Assembly (NCBI GenBank): GCA_963705105.1
Contig: CAVPIW010000006.1
Span: 992,001-1,056,000, forward strand
DNA length: 64,000 nucleotides
DNA from: an uncultured Nitrospiraceae bacterium
GTDB taxonomy: Bacteria > Nitrospirota > Thermodesulfovibrionia > Thermodesulfovibrionales > Dissulfurispiraceae
Direction of reading: 5' to 3'
Positions 1-9,922 of the stretch are shown here, piece by piece (the stretch's first letter is position 1; each line of letters starts with the position of its first letter). Below the pieces are notes generated by a model. The model searched no databases, was not told where the DNA came from, and worked only from the letters and a program-made list of their open reading frames with translations. The position numbers and the translations under genes are program-made.

Positions 1-1
1 G

Positions 2-463
2 CGCTTCCTGTCGTCCTCCCGGGATGAGACGGAGACAATAGGACGAAACGTGGGCGCCTTCCTCCTGACGAAGGGAGGCGACGCTGTTCTCTGTTTTTAC
101 GGCGACCTCGGCGCCGGGAAAACGGCCTTCATCCGCGGCCTTGCCACCGCTTTCGGCATCCCCGGGAGGGATATCGGGAGCGCGAGCTTCATCATCGTGG
201 CTGAATACGAAACCCGTCCCCCCTTCTATCACATCGATCTCTACCGGGTCACGGGGGAGGACGACCTTGAATCGACGGGTGTCTGGGACACCCTGGAGTC
301 GGGCGGCATCGCCGCCGTCGAATGGGCGGAGCGCCTGCCCTGCATTCCGAAAGGCGCCATCATCGTCAGGATCGACCACCGGTGGAATGACACCCGTGAA
401 ATCATCATCGAAGGCCTTCCGGAAGGGGTCCTGGACGGCGAAAAGGATTCGGAGAATCGATGA
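2..463 (+). CDS. tsaE: tRNA threonylcarbamoyladenosine biosynthesis ATPase TsaE (5' end outside window)
   Basis: GDLGAGKT Walker A, YHIDLYR and AVEWAE motifs. The frame stays open to the window edge (RFLSSSRDETETIG...). Confidence 0.9.
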   Translation, partial: RFLSSSRDETETIGRNVGAFLLTKGGDAVLCFYGDLGAGKTAFIRGLATAFGIPGRDIGSASFIIVAEYETRPPFYHIDLYRVTGEDDLESTGVWDTLESGGIAAVEWAERLPCIPKGAIIVRIDHRWNDTREIIIEGLPEGVLDGEKDSENR

Positions 464-1311
464 AACGCATCGGCATCATCTGCAAAACGGGAAGGCCCGA
501 ACCTGTCGACATCGTCAGGGACTTCATCCCCTGGCTCAGAAACCAGGGATATGAGACCTTTCTCGACATCGAGACGGCAGGTCTGCTCAACATGGACGGC
601 TACCCGAGAGACAAGATCCCGGGCCTCGTCGAGATCATCATCGTCCTTGGTGGCGACGGGACCATGCTGAGTGTGGCCCGGCTGATCGGCTGCAGGGATG
701 TGCCCATCATCGGGATCAATCTCGGCGGCCTCGGGTTCATCACCGAGGTGAACAGGGACGACATCTTCGATGACGTTGCCATGATGCTCACGGGAAGTTT
801 TTCCATCGAAGAGAGGATCATGCTCACCGCGGCAGTGTACCGGTATTCCGAGAAGATCGCCGATTTCGTCGTCCTCAACGACGTCGTCGTCAACAAGGGG
901 GCACTGGCCCGGATGATCGACCTGGAAACGTACGTCAACAAGTCATACGTTACGACATTCAGGGCCGACGGGCTTGTCATCGCCACGCCGACAGGCTCCA
1001 CGGCCTATTCCCTCTCGGCGGGCGGGCCGATCCTCTACCCGACACTCAACAGCATTCTCATCACGCCCATCTGCCCCCACACGCTTACAAACAGGCCTAT
1101 CGCCCTTCCCGACACCTTCACGATCGAGGTGATCCTTCGTTCCGAGAGCGAGGACGTCTTTCTCACCCTCGACGGCCAGGTCGGCTTCTCCCTGAGAATG
1201 AACGACCGTGTCGAAATTCAGAAGGCGAAATGCACCACGAAGATCCTGATCCCCCTCGACAGGGATTACTTCCAGGTCCTCAGGACGAAGCTGAAATGGG
1301 GAGAGAGATAA
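460..1311 (+). CDS. nadK: NAD(+) kinase
   Basis: GGDGT motif, GLGFITE, LNDVV, ADGLVIATPTGSTAYSLSAGGP, PICPH. Confidence 0.95.
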   Translation: MKRIGIICKTGRPEPVDIVRDFIPWLRNQGYETFLDIETAGLLNMDGYPRDKIPGLVEIIIVLGGDGTMLSVARLIGCRDVPIIGINLGGLGFITEVNRDDIFDDVAMMLTGSFSIEERIMLTAAVYRYSEKIADFVVLNDVVVNKGALARMIDLETYVNKSYVTTFRADGLVIATPTGSTAYSLSAGGPILYPTLNSILITPICPHTLTNRPIALPDTFTIEVILRSESEDVFLTLDGQVGFSLRMNDRVEIQKAKCTTKILIPLDRDYFQVLRTKLKWGER

Positions 1312-1323
1312 AGGGGAAACGTC

Positions 1324-2118
1324 ATGGATGACAGGGTTGAGTTGAGGGAGAACCTTCGTCTCGTCCTCGAGTTCTACCGCGCCCTCGGCTGCGAAAGCAT
1401 ACCCTATCGTGAAAGCCGGGCGATCGAAGCGCCGCCTGCCGTGAAACGGGATGAGAGACCTGCCGCCCCGTCGCCTGCCGTCTCCCACACGGACAGACAT
1501 GCCGGTACCGACCGCGCCGCCCTCCTTGCGGACCTGCGTGAAGAAATCGGGGACTGCCGGCGCTGCAGGCTTTCGGAGGGACGGACGACCATCGTCTTCG
1601 GCGACGGCAATCCCGGTGCGAAGATCCTGTTCATCGGCGAGGCGCCGGGCAGGGACGAGGACCTCCAGGGGAAACCCTTCGTCGGCGAGGCCGGAAAGAT
1701 ACTGACGAGCCTCATCAACAAAATGGGTGAGGATGAGGGATTCACCCGAAAGGACGTCTACATCGCCAATATCGTCAAGTGCAGGCCCCCCGGCAACCGC
1801 GATCCACGGGAGGACGAAATTGCGAGCTGCCTGCCCTTCCTGAGACGGCAGATCGAAATCATTTCACCCCTCGCCATCATGTCTCTGGGAAGGATATCGG
1901 CCCACACCCTCATGGGCTCCGTTGTCCCTTATACCAAATTTTCCATCTCACGGGTCCGGGGGACCTTTTTCGACCTCGTTACCGGCTCGCTCAGGATTCC
2001 CGTCATGCCCACCTTTCATCCCGCCTATTTCCTGAGAAATCCGAAAGACAAGCACCTCACCTGGGCCGACGCGCAGGCACTGCTGCAAAAACTTCGGGAG
2101 ATGGAAGCGGCCGGATAA
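1324..2118 (+). CDS. udg: Uracil-DNA glycosylase family 4 (Fe-S)
   Basis: CxxCxL, GEAPG, FVGEAG, KCRPPGNR, FHPAY motifs. Confidence 0.92.
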   Translation: MDDRVELRENLRLVLEFYRALGCESIPYRESRAIEAPPAVKRDERPAAPSPAVSHTDRHAGTDRAALLADLREEIGDCRRCRLSEGRTTIVFGDGNPGAKILFIGEAPGRDEDLQGKPFVGEAGKILTSLINKMGEDEGFTRKDVYIANIVKCRPPGNRDPREDEIASCLPFLRRQIEIISPLAIMSLGRISAHTLMGSVVPYTKFSISRVRGTFFDLVTGSLRIPVMPTFHPAYFLRNPKDKHLTWADAQALLQKLREMEAAG

Positions 2119-2593
2119 ACGTTGTCGTTGTATGAAAAGAGGGACAAAGATCGACCTCCGCGAGGAGTGTCGCGGCGGTCCAGTTCCTTGTGCCCTCCCC
2201 TGATTCCCCGTCGCAATCAAGACACCAGGATTTTCCCGCTGATCCCGATCTCCGGAACGCCATCACTGTTCCCCGCCCCCTCAATGTGTGCATCTGTAGG
2301 CTTGCGTCATTGTAGGTTCACACCGATGATGATGCTCTCATAATCATCGGTGGAGTGATCTTTGGCTGCGGGGGCCAGGAAGAACGACGTTTCAGGATTT
2401 GGTGATTGGTTCAAAATGCCAGATTTCCTTTGAAATTGTCAGACGAGACGGGGGGCGAATCTTCTAAGTTGCAGCCACTACTCCGCGCTTGGTGCTGTCA
2501 GTCTCGAATGAAGAATCCCTCTACTACTCCTTGCGCTATCACTGACATTGTTGCTCCTCAAAGGAAGTTGTAAAGGGCGTTGACCCCAAGAAA

Positions 2594-2770
2594 TCACGCT
2601 TTTAATTTCCGAATTATGTGTCTTGCGAGGTTGTCGTTGATTTCAGCGTGCCTGGGTACCGGCTGAGAGACTTTTGTTGCCGGATTCTGATACCAGTCAT
2701 GATTACCCCCATGCCTGATCAAGATACAACCCATCAGTTCAATCTCTCTGATCAGGTCCCGTCTTTTCAA
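2594..2770 (-). CDS. hicA: HicA-family toxin (58 aa, TTG start; absent from ORF track)
   Basis: Manual translation MKRRDLIREIELMGCILIRHGGNHDWYQNPATKVSQPVPRHAEINDNLARHIIRKLKA has the GxxH and VPRH HicA motifs. Overlaps the hicB stop by 4 nt. Confidence 0.88.
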   Translation of the reverse strand: MKRRDLIREIELMGCILIRHGGNHDWYQNPATKVSQPVPRHAEINDNLARHIIRKLKA

Positions 2771-2958
2771 GAAACCTGGAGTTCTGCGACTCTGCGAACG
2801 TGCGGGATGCTTCCGCTGGTGAGTTCTTTGTAAATATCTCTGAGGTTATCCTGGAGTTCCTCTAATGATTTCCCCTGTGTCATGTAATCAGGATATTCCT
2901 CCAGATAGCCCAACCACATTCCCTCATCCTGCCAATAAATATATTTCAGTTTTTCCAT
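2767..2958 (-). CDS. hicB: Short HicB-family antitoxin (63 aa)
   Basis: YWQDEGMWLGYLEEYPDYMTQGKSLEELQDNL is a HicB-like N-terminal domain. Directly upstream of hicA. Confidence 0.85.
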   Translation of the reverse strand: MEKLKYIYWQDEGMWLGYLEEYPDYMTQGKSLEELQDNLRDIYKELTSGSIPHVRRVAELQVS

Positions 2959-3267
2959 GACTATATTGTATCCGCCACATGATTAAAACTTCAAATAAAC
3001 GAATCGCTGCATTCTTGTTCATGGCATCTTGATGATTGCAGGCTACTTGTAGGGGCCAATGCCCTCGTCGGCCCGCGGACGTGCAATCCCATCTATTTGA
3101 GGTTTTCTTCTACTTCACATATGTCAGGGACATGTTCCCTGACTTCGAGTGTCAAGGTTCAAGGGCTGACCCTGTTTTTCCCCTTTGTATTTTTGTTGTT
3201 ATACCGTTCTGTTATGACTGCTTCTTCCCCTTTCTGAAGTTAAGTTTTGCTTTCCTGTCTCACTTTT

Positions 3268-3283
3268 AACAAGAAGCGTGCCA
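3268..3283 (-). promoter_or_regulatory. Putative sigma54 -24/-12 promoter
   Basis: Minus strand TGGCACGCTTCTTGTT versus consensus TGGCAC-N5-TTGCW. Confidence 0.5.
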
Positions 3284-3576
3284 TAGTGCAAAAAGGATGT
3301 TCTCCGCTTATAAATCAAGACGCACAGCTGAACAGGCGCTGCCGGCGTGGATGCGCAGCGCTTTGCCTGACACATATGTCTGACGCTGATGTGCATCACG
3401 GCCTGCCCGGGATGATTAGGCTTGAGACTATCCGTCGTCTCCACCTCCGGTCGGGGGGTCTGCAACTCTGAGTGCCGATAAGTATTTCTTATATAATTAT
3501 TTTTTATTGACAACCGGCGCATGGTGTGATAAATATTGACTTACTCTCAAGAAAATCCAATGAAGGGGGCAACAGG

Positions 3577-6500
3577 ATGAAAACAGCCGGCCTTATCACT
3601 ATCGTTCCCGTTCGGACTTTACTGGTCATACTGACTGCTTCGTTTCTCATACTCCTTCCCTTTGGTCCTTCAGGCTCACAACCCTCATGGGCGGAAAGCC
3701 AGGAGGCACCCTCTCCCGGTCAACCGTCCGACGCTGTGCAATCTCTGTTCGCCGTGCAGGCAGACGGCCTTCCCCGGCTGGACGAAACTGCCAGGGCAGG
3801 CAGCGCCGTTCAGGATGCCAGGGCGGCTTTCGGAGACCTGAAGAGGTCATACTTCCCGGGAGACCGGATGGCCCTCACCGTATCGGTCTCGTCACAGGAC
3901 CAGAGCATGAGGGGGGACCTCTACGCCATAGTATGGGCGCCGGGCCTCCGGAACGTCATCTTTTTTACGGGCAATCCGCTTGAACCCTTCACGTCAGTGC
4001 CGACGCCCATCAGTCGGGATGTCAGATCGGGATCGCAGGAATACCAACTCCTCGATATCACCACACCGGCACTGGCACAGGGTCTTGAGCTTTTCCTTTA
4101 TGCGGCTCTTTTCGAGACCGGAGAGCCCCTGACCGTGGAAAACCTCGTCTCCAATATCGCGGAGGGCAGGATCAGGCTCATCGGCAAAGCAGGCAGCGAG
4201 GCGGACCAGAAACAGTCGAATTTTCTGAGAATCCTCAGGGGCATCACGACGCCGGATGCCTACAACGCGAAAGTGGCAAAAGGGGCACTGAAACGTTTAG
4301 ACCTGGAACTCCCCATTCCGAAGTCGCTTCTGCCGCCGGGGACCACTGAGGACGAACTGGCACTGACCCTCCTTTCGATAACGCAGGACCTCCTCAGGGT
4401 CGAGACGCCCCGGCGGAGCTTCCGTCTCCAGAAGAGAGCGGGAGAGGGAATCCGCACCCTGACCTTCGGCCAGTATTATCAGGATATTCCCGTTTTCGGG
4501 GCCTGGTTCCAGATGACGATACAGGAGAGGAGCGAATCGTTCCTCCTGAAGAACATGTCGGGCAAGTACATACCCGATCTCAAAATGGAACAGTTTGAGC
4601 CTGTCATTTCCGCGCAGGAGGCCATGCGCAGGGTGATGCGGAAATACAACATCCGTTCCCTGGGGGAGCTGAGAATGGCTGTCCCCATCAAGCTTTGGAT
4701 ATTCGACGGCGCTCTCTTCGCTCCCCAATGCCCGGCTTGTCCCGATGTGAACCACAGCCCGAGGCTGGCGTGGCGGGTGATCTTCGACTCACCGAAGGAC
4801 AGAGGCGCACTGGCGGATGCCTTTGTCGACGCCGTCAACGGCGAGATCCTGATGGCCCGGCCAAGAACAGACGGGATCAATATTCAGCTCTGGTCGGGCA
4901 ACGGGAACGAACTGTCGAACTGCATGGACAGGGACGACGCGGTGGCATGGCTGGACGAGGACGGGGTCTGTGAGGGCAGAAACGCCTGCGACGACCGCAA
5001 CCCCTGCTACTGGGACTGGCCGCCCACCTGTGCCGGCCCCGATGACGAGGGCCGGCACGCACAGGAATACACCCATCTGATCCACCGGTTTTACAGCGAG
5101 GTATTCGGCCGGTCTTCCTATGAGGATGTCTCTACCACGGTGTACCGGATGATCATAGACGTGAATTTCGGCGACGACGAGCCGAATGCGAGCTCTACAG
5201 ACTGCGGCGCCTACGAAGTCCACAAGTTTTCGGACGGGTATGCAGTCCTCGACGTCATGGGTCATGAGGTGGGGCATTCCTTCCACGACTCAGAGGTCAA
5301 TTACGAGTACTCCCATCAGAGCGGGGCCGTTGCCGAGCATATAGCAGACATGTTCGGCCACTTTGTGGGAGTCTGGAGCGGGCTGGATCCCGACTGGCTC
5401 ATGGGGGAAGACCTCCCCGGCGGAACATTGAGGGACATGGCAAATCCGGGAAGGGATCACATCAGTGATTATGTACCCCTTCCGGGAGACGAAGACAACG
5501 ACTACGGCGGGGTCCACCGGTACAGTACCATCCTGAGCAAGGCAGGGTACATGATGACGGTGGGGGATACCCATCCCGATACCGGCATCAGGACGACCGG
5601 CATCGGCGAGGACAAGGCGCGGAGAATCTACTACCGGCTCGTCACCGAGAAGCTGGGGCGCAACAACGACTTCGGCGATTTCGCAATAAAGATCCGTGAC
5701 GCCTGTAACGAGCTTATCGGGCAGCACGGGATCACCGCCGATGACTGCTGCCAGGTCAGGAACGCCTTCTCGGCCATCGGGATCGATCCGGCCGATTCCG
5801 ACTGCGACGGCAGGCTCGACTCGGAGGAATCGGATAACGACGATGACGGTGTTCCCGACACAAGTGATAATTGTCCCTTCATCCCCAATCCCGGCCAGGA
5901 AGACGCCGACGACGACGGTCCCGGCGATGTCTGTGAATTCGACGCCGACGACGACGGCATCAGGAACGTCGATGACAACTGCCCCGTCGTGGCAAACCCG
6001 ACCCAGAGAGACACCGACGGCAACGGCGTGGGTGACGCCTGCGACGACAGGGACGGCGACGGCATTACCGACAGAGTGGACAATTGCCCCGACAACAGAA
6101 ACCCGAATCAGTCCGATGTGGACAGTGACGGACGGGGCGATACCTGCGATAACGACAGGGACGGCGACGGCTTTGACAACATCAGGGACGACAACTGCCC
6201 TGACGTCGCAAATGCGGATCAGGCCGACGACGACGGTGACGACGTGGGGAACGTGTGCGACAACTGCAGGATAGTGGCCAACCACAGCCAGTCGGATGTC
6301 GATGGCGACGGCCTGGGCGACGAGTGTGACGATGACATCGACGGCGACGGCATCCTGAACGGGGCTGACAATTGCCCGGATGAATACAGCCCGGCCGTGG
6401 ACGTGTGTGTGGCGCCTCCCGGATTCTTCTGCCGCGAGTACGGATGTCCGCCGGGCCGGCTTTTGTCCTCCGCCGAAGTCCGGATGCATTTCAACTGGGA

Positions 6501-7008
6501 CCGCCTGCAGGCTGCACACCCGGCCGCAGTGAGACCCGCGTTCGGCATGTCACTGAATCCGTGCGAGGTCATTGACTGCCAGGCTCAACGCCTCTTCGGG
6601 GCCGATGAAGTCCTTCAGGTGATCGTCGACCTGGGTATGGACTTTGCCGCAGGCCTGCAAATGGAAACGCCCCTCAATTTCATCGTTGCGGTGCTGAACG
6701 AGGAGGGCCGTCGAGTGGCCGGCGGGGAAGCCTTCCTGGCCGCCGGCACAAGGCTGACACAGCGGGACGCTCAGATCACGCTTTCCTTCAGGATGCTTCC
6801 CTCCTTCACCTGGAGACAGTCCGGTGTCCTTTCCGGTCAGTCCGGCACGGACAACCGCGCAACGACGGCTATCGAGGCCGACGCAGCACTGCCTGCCTAT
6901 CACCTGCTGCTTGTGCCTGAGAATCTGAGCCCGCAGAACCGGCAGATTCTTTCAACCACCCCGCTCAGGTTCAGGCACCGGATGACCCTGACACAGCAGA
7001 AGCAGTAA
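3577..7008 (+). CDS. Secreted thermolysin-family (M4) metallopeptidase with FTP/PepSY-like propeptide and thrombospondin type-3 Ca-binding repeats
   Basis: Signal peptide; FGQYYQDIPVFG and PRLAWRV...FVDAVNGEIL propeptide; HEVGH zinc motif; GAVAEHIAD third ligand; DYGGVH; repeated DNCPxxxNPxQxDxDxDGxGDxCD units. Start taken at MKTAG. Confidence 0.85.
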   Translation: MKTAGLITIVPVRTLLVILTASFLILLPFGPSGSQPSWAESQEAPSPGQPSDAVQSLFAVQADGLPRLDETARAGSAVQDARAAFGDLKRSYFPGDRMALTVSVSSQDQSMRGDLYAIVWAPGLRNVIFFTGNPLEPFTSVPTPISRDVRSGSQEYQLLDITTPALAQGLELFLYAALFETGEPLTVENLVSNIAEGRIRLIGKAGSEADQKQSNFLRILRGITTPDAYNAKVAKGALKRLDLELPIPKSLLPPGTTEDELALTLLSITQDLLRVETPRRSFRLQKRAGEGIRTLTFGQYYQDIPVFGAWFQMTIQERSESFLLKNMSGKYIPDLKMEQFEPVISAQEAMRRVMRKYNIRSLGELRMAVPIKLWIFDGALFAPQCPACPDVNHSPRLAWRVIFDSPKDRGALADAFVDAVNGEILMARPRTDGINIQLWSGNGNELSNCMDRDDAVAWLDEDGVCEGRNACDDRNPCYWDWPPTCAGPDDEGRHAQEYTHLIHRFYSEVFGRSSYEDVSTTVYRMIIDVNFGDDEPNASSTDCGAYEVHKFSDGYAVLDVMGHEVGHSFHDSEVNYEYSHQSGAVAEHIADMFGHFVGVWSGLDPDWLMGEDLPGGTLRDMANPGRDHISDYVPLPGDEDNDYGGVHRYSTILSKAGYMMTVGDTHPDTGIRTTGIGEDKARRIYYRLVTEKLGRNNDFGDFAIKIRDACNELIGQHGITADDCCQVRNAFSAIGIDPADSDCDGRLDSEESDNDDDGVPDTSDNCPFIPNPGQEDADDDGPGDVCEFDADDDGIRNVDDNCPVVANPTQRDTDGNGVGDACDDRDGDGITDRVDNCPDNRNPNQSDVDSDGRGDTCDNDRDGDGFDNIRDDNCPDVANADQADDDGDDVGNVCDNCRIVANHSQSDVDGDGLGDECDDDIDGDGILNGADNCPDEYSPAVDVCVAPPGFFCREYGCPPGRLLSSAEVRMHFNWDRLQAAHPAAVRPAFGMSLNPCEVIDCQAQRLFGADEVLQVIVDLGMDFAAGLQMETPLNFIVAVLNEEGRRVAGGEAFLAAGTRLTQRDAQITLSFRMLPSFTWRQSGVLSGQSGTDNRATTAIEADAALPAYHLLLVPENLSPQNRQILSTTPLRFRHRMTLTQQKQ

Positions 7009-7021
7009 GAGACTTTGTTGA

Positions 7022-7049
7022 GGGAAGGGGAGGTCTGACTCCCCTTCCC
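7022..7049. terminator. Hairpin between convergent genes, possible bidirectional terminator
   Basis: Perfect 11-bp stem GGGAAGGGGAG-gtctga-CTCCCCTTCCC. Confidence 0.6.
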
Positions 7050-7056
7050 CGCATGG

Positions 7057-7440
7057 TCAGTCCGAGCGGCCGGACGACCTGTAGCTCAGTGCGCGTCTGG
7101 CGACTGCAAGGAGGGTATCCTTGAGCACCGGCTTGGTAAGGTACTCGAAGACGCCCAGGCTGGCCGCCTCCTGGTCTGTATCGTCGCTTGGGGCGCCTGT
7201 CATCATCACGACGGGAAGGGAAGGATCCCTCCGCCTTACTTCCCGGAGGATGTCCATTCCGGAGACCCCGTCGAGGATCAGGTCCGCGAAGATCACGTCG
7301 AAGTCCCTTTCCGAAATCCTGTTCACCGCCTCTGCGTAATTGCTTGCCGTCGTCACATCGTACCCTTCGTCCGATAGGAATATATCAAATGTGAGTCGTA
7401 TCCCTTGCTCGTCGTCAACGACCAGCACCTTTGGCCTCAT
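7057..7440 (-). CDS. Single-domain response regulator receiver
   Basis: VLVVDDE, FADLIL, MMTG, LTKP. Start at MRPKVL with GGAGG upstream. The ORF-track extension to 7698 runs through a MITE. Confidence 0.88.
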   Translation of the reverse strand: MRPKVLVVDDEQGIRLTFDIFLSDEGYDVTTASNYAEAVNRISERDFDVIFADLILDGVSGMDILREVRRRDPSLPVVMMTGAPSDDTDQEAASLGVFEYLTKPVLKDTLLAVARRALSYRSSGRSD

Positions 7441-7499
7441 CTTTCGACCTCCCTGTGGGGCCCTGTGTCCACGGGGAGCTCGACCGTGACCATGGTATA

Positions 7500-7711
7500 C
7501 CCTATAGTTGCATAGAAAGGCGGGGCGAAACGCCTCAAAGCCTTGCTGAAGGCGACGATGCGCCTCGCCATCTTCGTGTTTCAGGATTTCACTCTTTGTG
7601 TCATCGACCATTGGCGTATAGTTCATCTTTCGTTTTGATACAGGTGTCGCCGCAGCAAGGTTTTCGGCGCATACGCCCCGCCTTTCCCGGGCGTGCATTG
7701 CAACGATAAGG
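7500..7711 (-). mobile_element. MITE-like element, family A, full 212-bp copy, TSD TATA
   Basis: Ends CCCTATAGTTGCA ... TGCAACGATAAGG with TATA on both sides (7496-7499, 7712-7715). Confidence 0.85.
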
Positions 7712-7995
7712 TATACTCACCTTCCGCGCTGTCGACCGTGAGGCTCCCTTTGTGATCGGCGATGATGGTGTTGATGATACCGATCTATCCCCACTAAATT
7801 ATACGATAGGCAGATCACTTTGCAAAGCGCAGTCTATAACGCAGTTGCGTGAAAATGCGCAGCGGCTTCTTTCTATCATTTGTGTCATGATACACATCTG
7901 TACCGGGACAGAGCAGATCCTGTCACGCTGCGATCACAATTGCGCCGCCATGTTTTTGCTTCTAATTACAGCCGATTAAGGTCGTGCATTGCTCT

Positions 7996-8011
7996 TGGCA
8001 TGTTTCTTGGT
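7996..8011 (+). promoter_or_regulatory. Putative sigma54 promoter for the 8043 receiver gene
   Basis: TGGCATGTTTCTTGGT about 30 nt before the RBS. A TGT-N10-ACA site (7881-7896) lies about 100 bp upstream. Confidence 0.45.
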
Positions 8012-8042
8012 ATAACTAAATCGATTAACAAAGGAGGAATGT

Positions 8043-8531
8043 ATGCATAAAACGCTGAATGCTCCCCTGATGATCAAAAATAGAGGCAGGAGAACGGAAG
8101 CGGCGAAGGGGACAACCTCCGCCTTGCCTCCATCGGATCAGCGGCACGCCCTCGTCGTCGATGACGACTCGATTATCACCAGGCTTCTGAGTATTTTCCT
8201 CGGGCAGATCATGCCTGTTGAAACGGCGGTAAACGGCAACGAAGCCCTGCAGAAGGTAAGACAGCAGCACTATGATGTGATTGTTTCCGATATCGAGATG
8301 CCGGTCTTGAACGGCATTGATTTCTATCGGCATGCCGCCCTGTCTGACCCGTCAATTCGTGATCGGTTCCTGTTCATTTCTGGGTCCGTCGAGGAGTACG
8401 AAGGCTTCTTCCGGGAAAACAACCTCCGTTACTATCCGAAACCTGTCTCGTTCGATGAGTTGAAAGACGCCGTGGTCGAGATCCTGCGGCAAAATGGGCG
8501 GCTCTCACCACATATGGAGGAATATGGCTGA
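8043..8531 (+). CDS. Single-domain response regulator receiver with N-terminal extension
   Basis: ALVVDDD, IVSDIEMP, FISG, YPKP; AGGAGG RBS. Confidence 0.85.
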   Translation: MHKTLNAPLMIKNRGRRTEAAKGTTSALPPSDQRHALVVDDDSIITRLLSIFLGQIMPVETAVNGNEALQKVRQQHYDVIVSDIEMPVLNGIDFYRHAALSDPSIRDRFLFISGSVEEYEGFFRENNLRYYPKPVSFDELKDAVVEILRQNGRLSPHMEEYG

Positions 8532-8730
8532 CGGTCAAGGCACATGACCGTTCCGGCCACAGGACAATGGGTTTCATCTTTTTACTGATCATACTGGCAG
8601 CGTGCCTGATGATTGTCTTCTACTCCGATCCCGAGCGTAGAAGCGAAGAGTCGGTCTTCACCTTCTACGTCCGGTCCTGGCGGGAGAGCGGGAGCCACGC
8701 CCCGGGGCCATCCCAAAGAACAGTGGCTCT

Positions 8731-9723
8731 CTAACGCCTCCATCCTCTCCCTCCTCCTCCGGAGGAGCCCCTGCCGCCCCCGCGCGCCGGCGGTCCCGAG
8801 GTCCTGCCGCCGCCTGAAGGGGGGGCGCTCATCCGACCGCCTGAAGATGGGCCGGAGGTCCTGCCCCGTGAAGGCGGGCTAAAGGACCTGCCATCCCCCG
8901 GCATCCCTCGATGACGGCCGGGATTGAAGACCCTTTCGGGCGTCCTCGGAATGCCCGGCGAAATGAAGCCCCCGGGTACGGGGCGCCCCGATCCCCTTAA
9001 AGGTCCTTCCGTGAAATCTCTGCACGGGGTCGACCCTGAAAACCCTGTGGGTCCTGAAGTGGTTGAAGTGATTCGTGATGAAGAAGGGGCGATTCTTCAC
9101 ATGGACGGTTTTGTGGAAGTCATGGAGGATGAAGAATCCCGAAAACCAGAGGTGGCCCCACCAGAACGGGTAGGGAACCCAGGAGTAGAGGTAGTAGTAA
9201 TCCGGCGGTGGAGTGTAATAGGTTACGACCGGGGGCCCTGGTTGTAGTAATAGTTGCAGATTGTCCCGGGACAGGGATAATCGGGTGTGCTTGGCGCTGT
9301 TCCCCCATACCCTTCTCCTGCGGCAGCAGGTCTGACCGACAGAGATGCATCCTCAAGGACCCTCCTGAAGGCCCTCAAGGCGTCGTCCCTTGTCATCGCA
9401 ATAGTCCCGGCATCCGCCGCTGCGATGACGCTCTCCTGCAGCTCCCCGGCGATGTCGGGAGTGACGGGGTAGTCGGCGATCCAGCCGTTCCGGGGTGAGA
9501 TGCCCGCCCTGCCGAGGGCGGTTTCCGCCTCGACCTCGTCGGTTGTCGAGGCAAGCCCCAGCGCTTCAGCCAGGCTGACAGCGAGAGTGCCTTCACGGAC
9601 GAGAGGCTGCTCGACCGGGGGTGAGGCCGTCGACGGCTGCATTGACTGCGCTTCGATCACGGCGGGCAGCGTGAGCGCGAATGCGCAAAGCAGCGCCATC
9701 CCAATACAAAGTGACTTTCTCAT
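8731..9723 (-). pseudogene. Exported Tyr/Pro-rich hypothetical protein with two compensating homopolymer frameshifts
   Basis: Signal peptide MRKSLCIGMALL. The frame breaks at the G5 run 9231-9235 and continues as PVVTYYTPPPDYYYLYSWVPYPFWWG. It returns to the original frame at the C5 run 8969-8973 and ends GGGGRGWRR* at 8731. Confidence 0.65.
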
Positions 9724-9808
9724 GATGGGCCTCCTCAAAGCTCAAAGCCTTCAGCGGAACTTCCCTCTTATTAACCCGGCAATTAACCAGATGAACTGCA
9801 CTACGCTT

Positions 9809-9905
9809 TGTCATTTCCGGCTTGTCCGGAATCCTTCCCTATTTTCAGAAGGATTCCCGACGCGCGGAGCCTGTCCCGGCTTGACCGGGGCTTGCGGCAA
9901 TGACA
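9809..9905. repeat. REP/RPE-like palindromic element (family B)
   Basis: TGTCATT...AATGACA ends with internal GGAATCC/GGATTCC arms. Near-identical reverse complement at 24009-24103. Confidence 0.75.
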
Positions 9906-9922
9906 GGATTACCGGTAATTAA

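Noticed and set aside
2119..2590. Coding or RNA gene in the intergenic region after udg
   Set aside because: Only a hairpin (2321-2352) and short non-diagnostic ORFs are present. No tRNA cloverleaf or protein motif was recognised.
5790..6385. GACGAC-rich repetitive DNA as a non-coding repeat or DGR template
   Set aside because: It is explained by Asp-rich thrombospondin type-3 protein repeats. There is no reverse transcriptase or adenine-specific variation.
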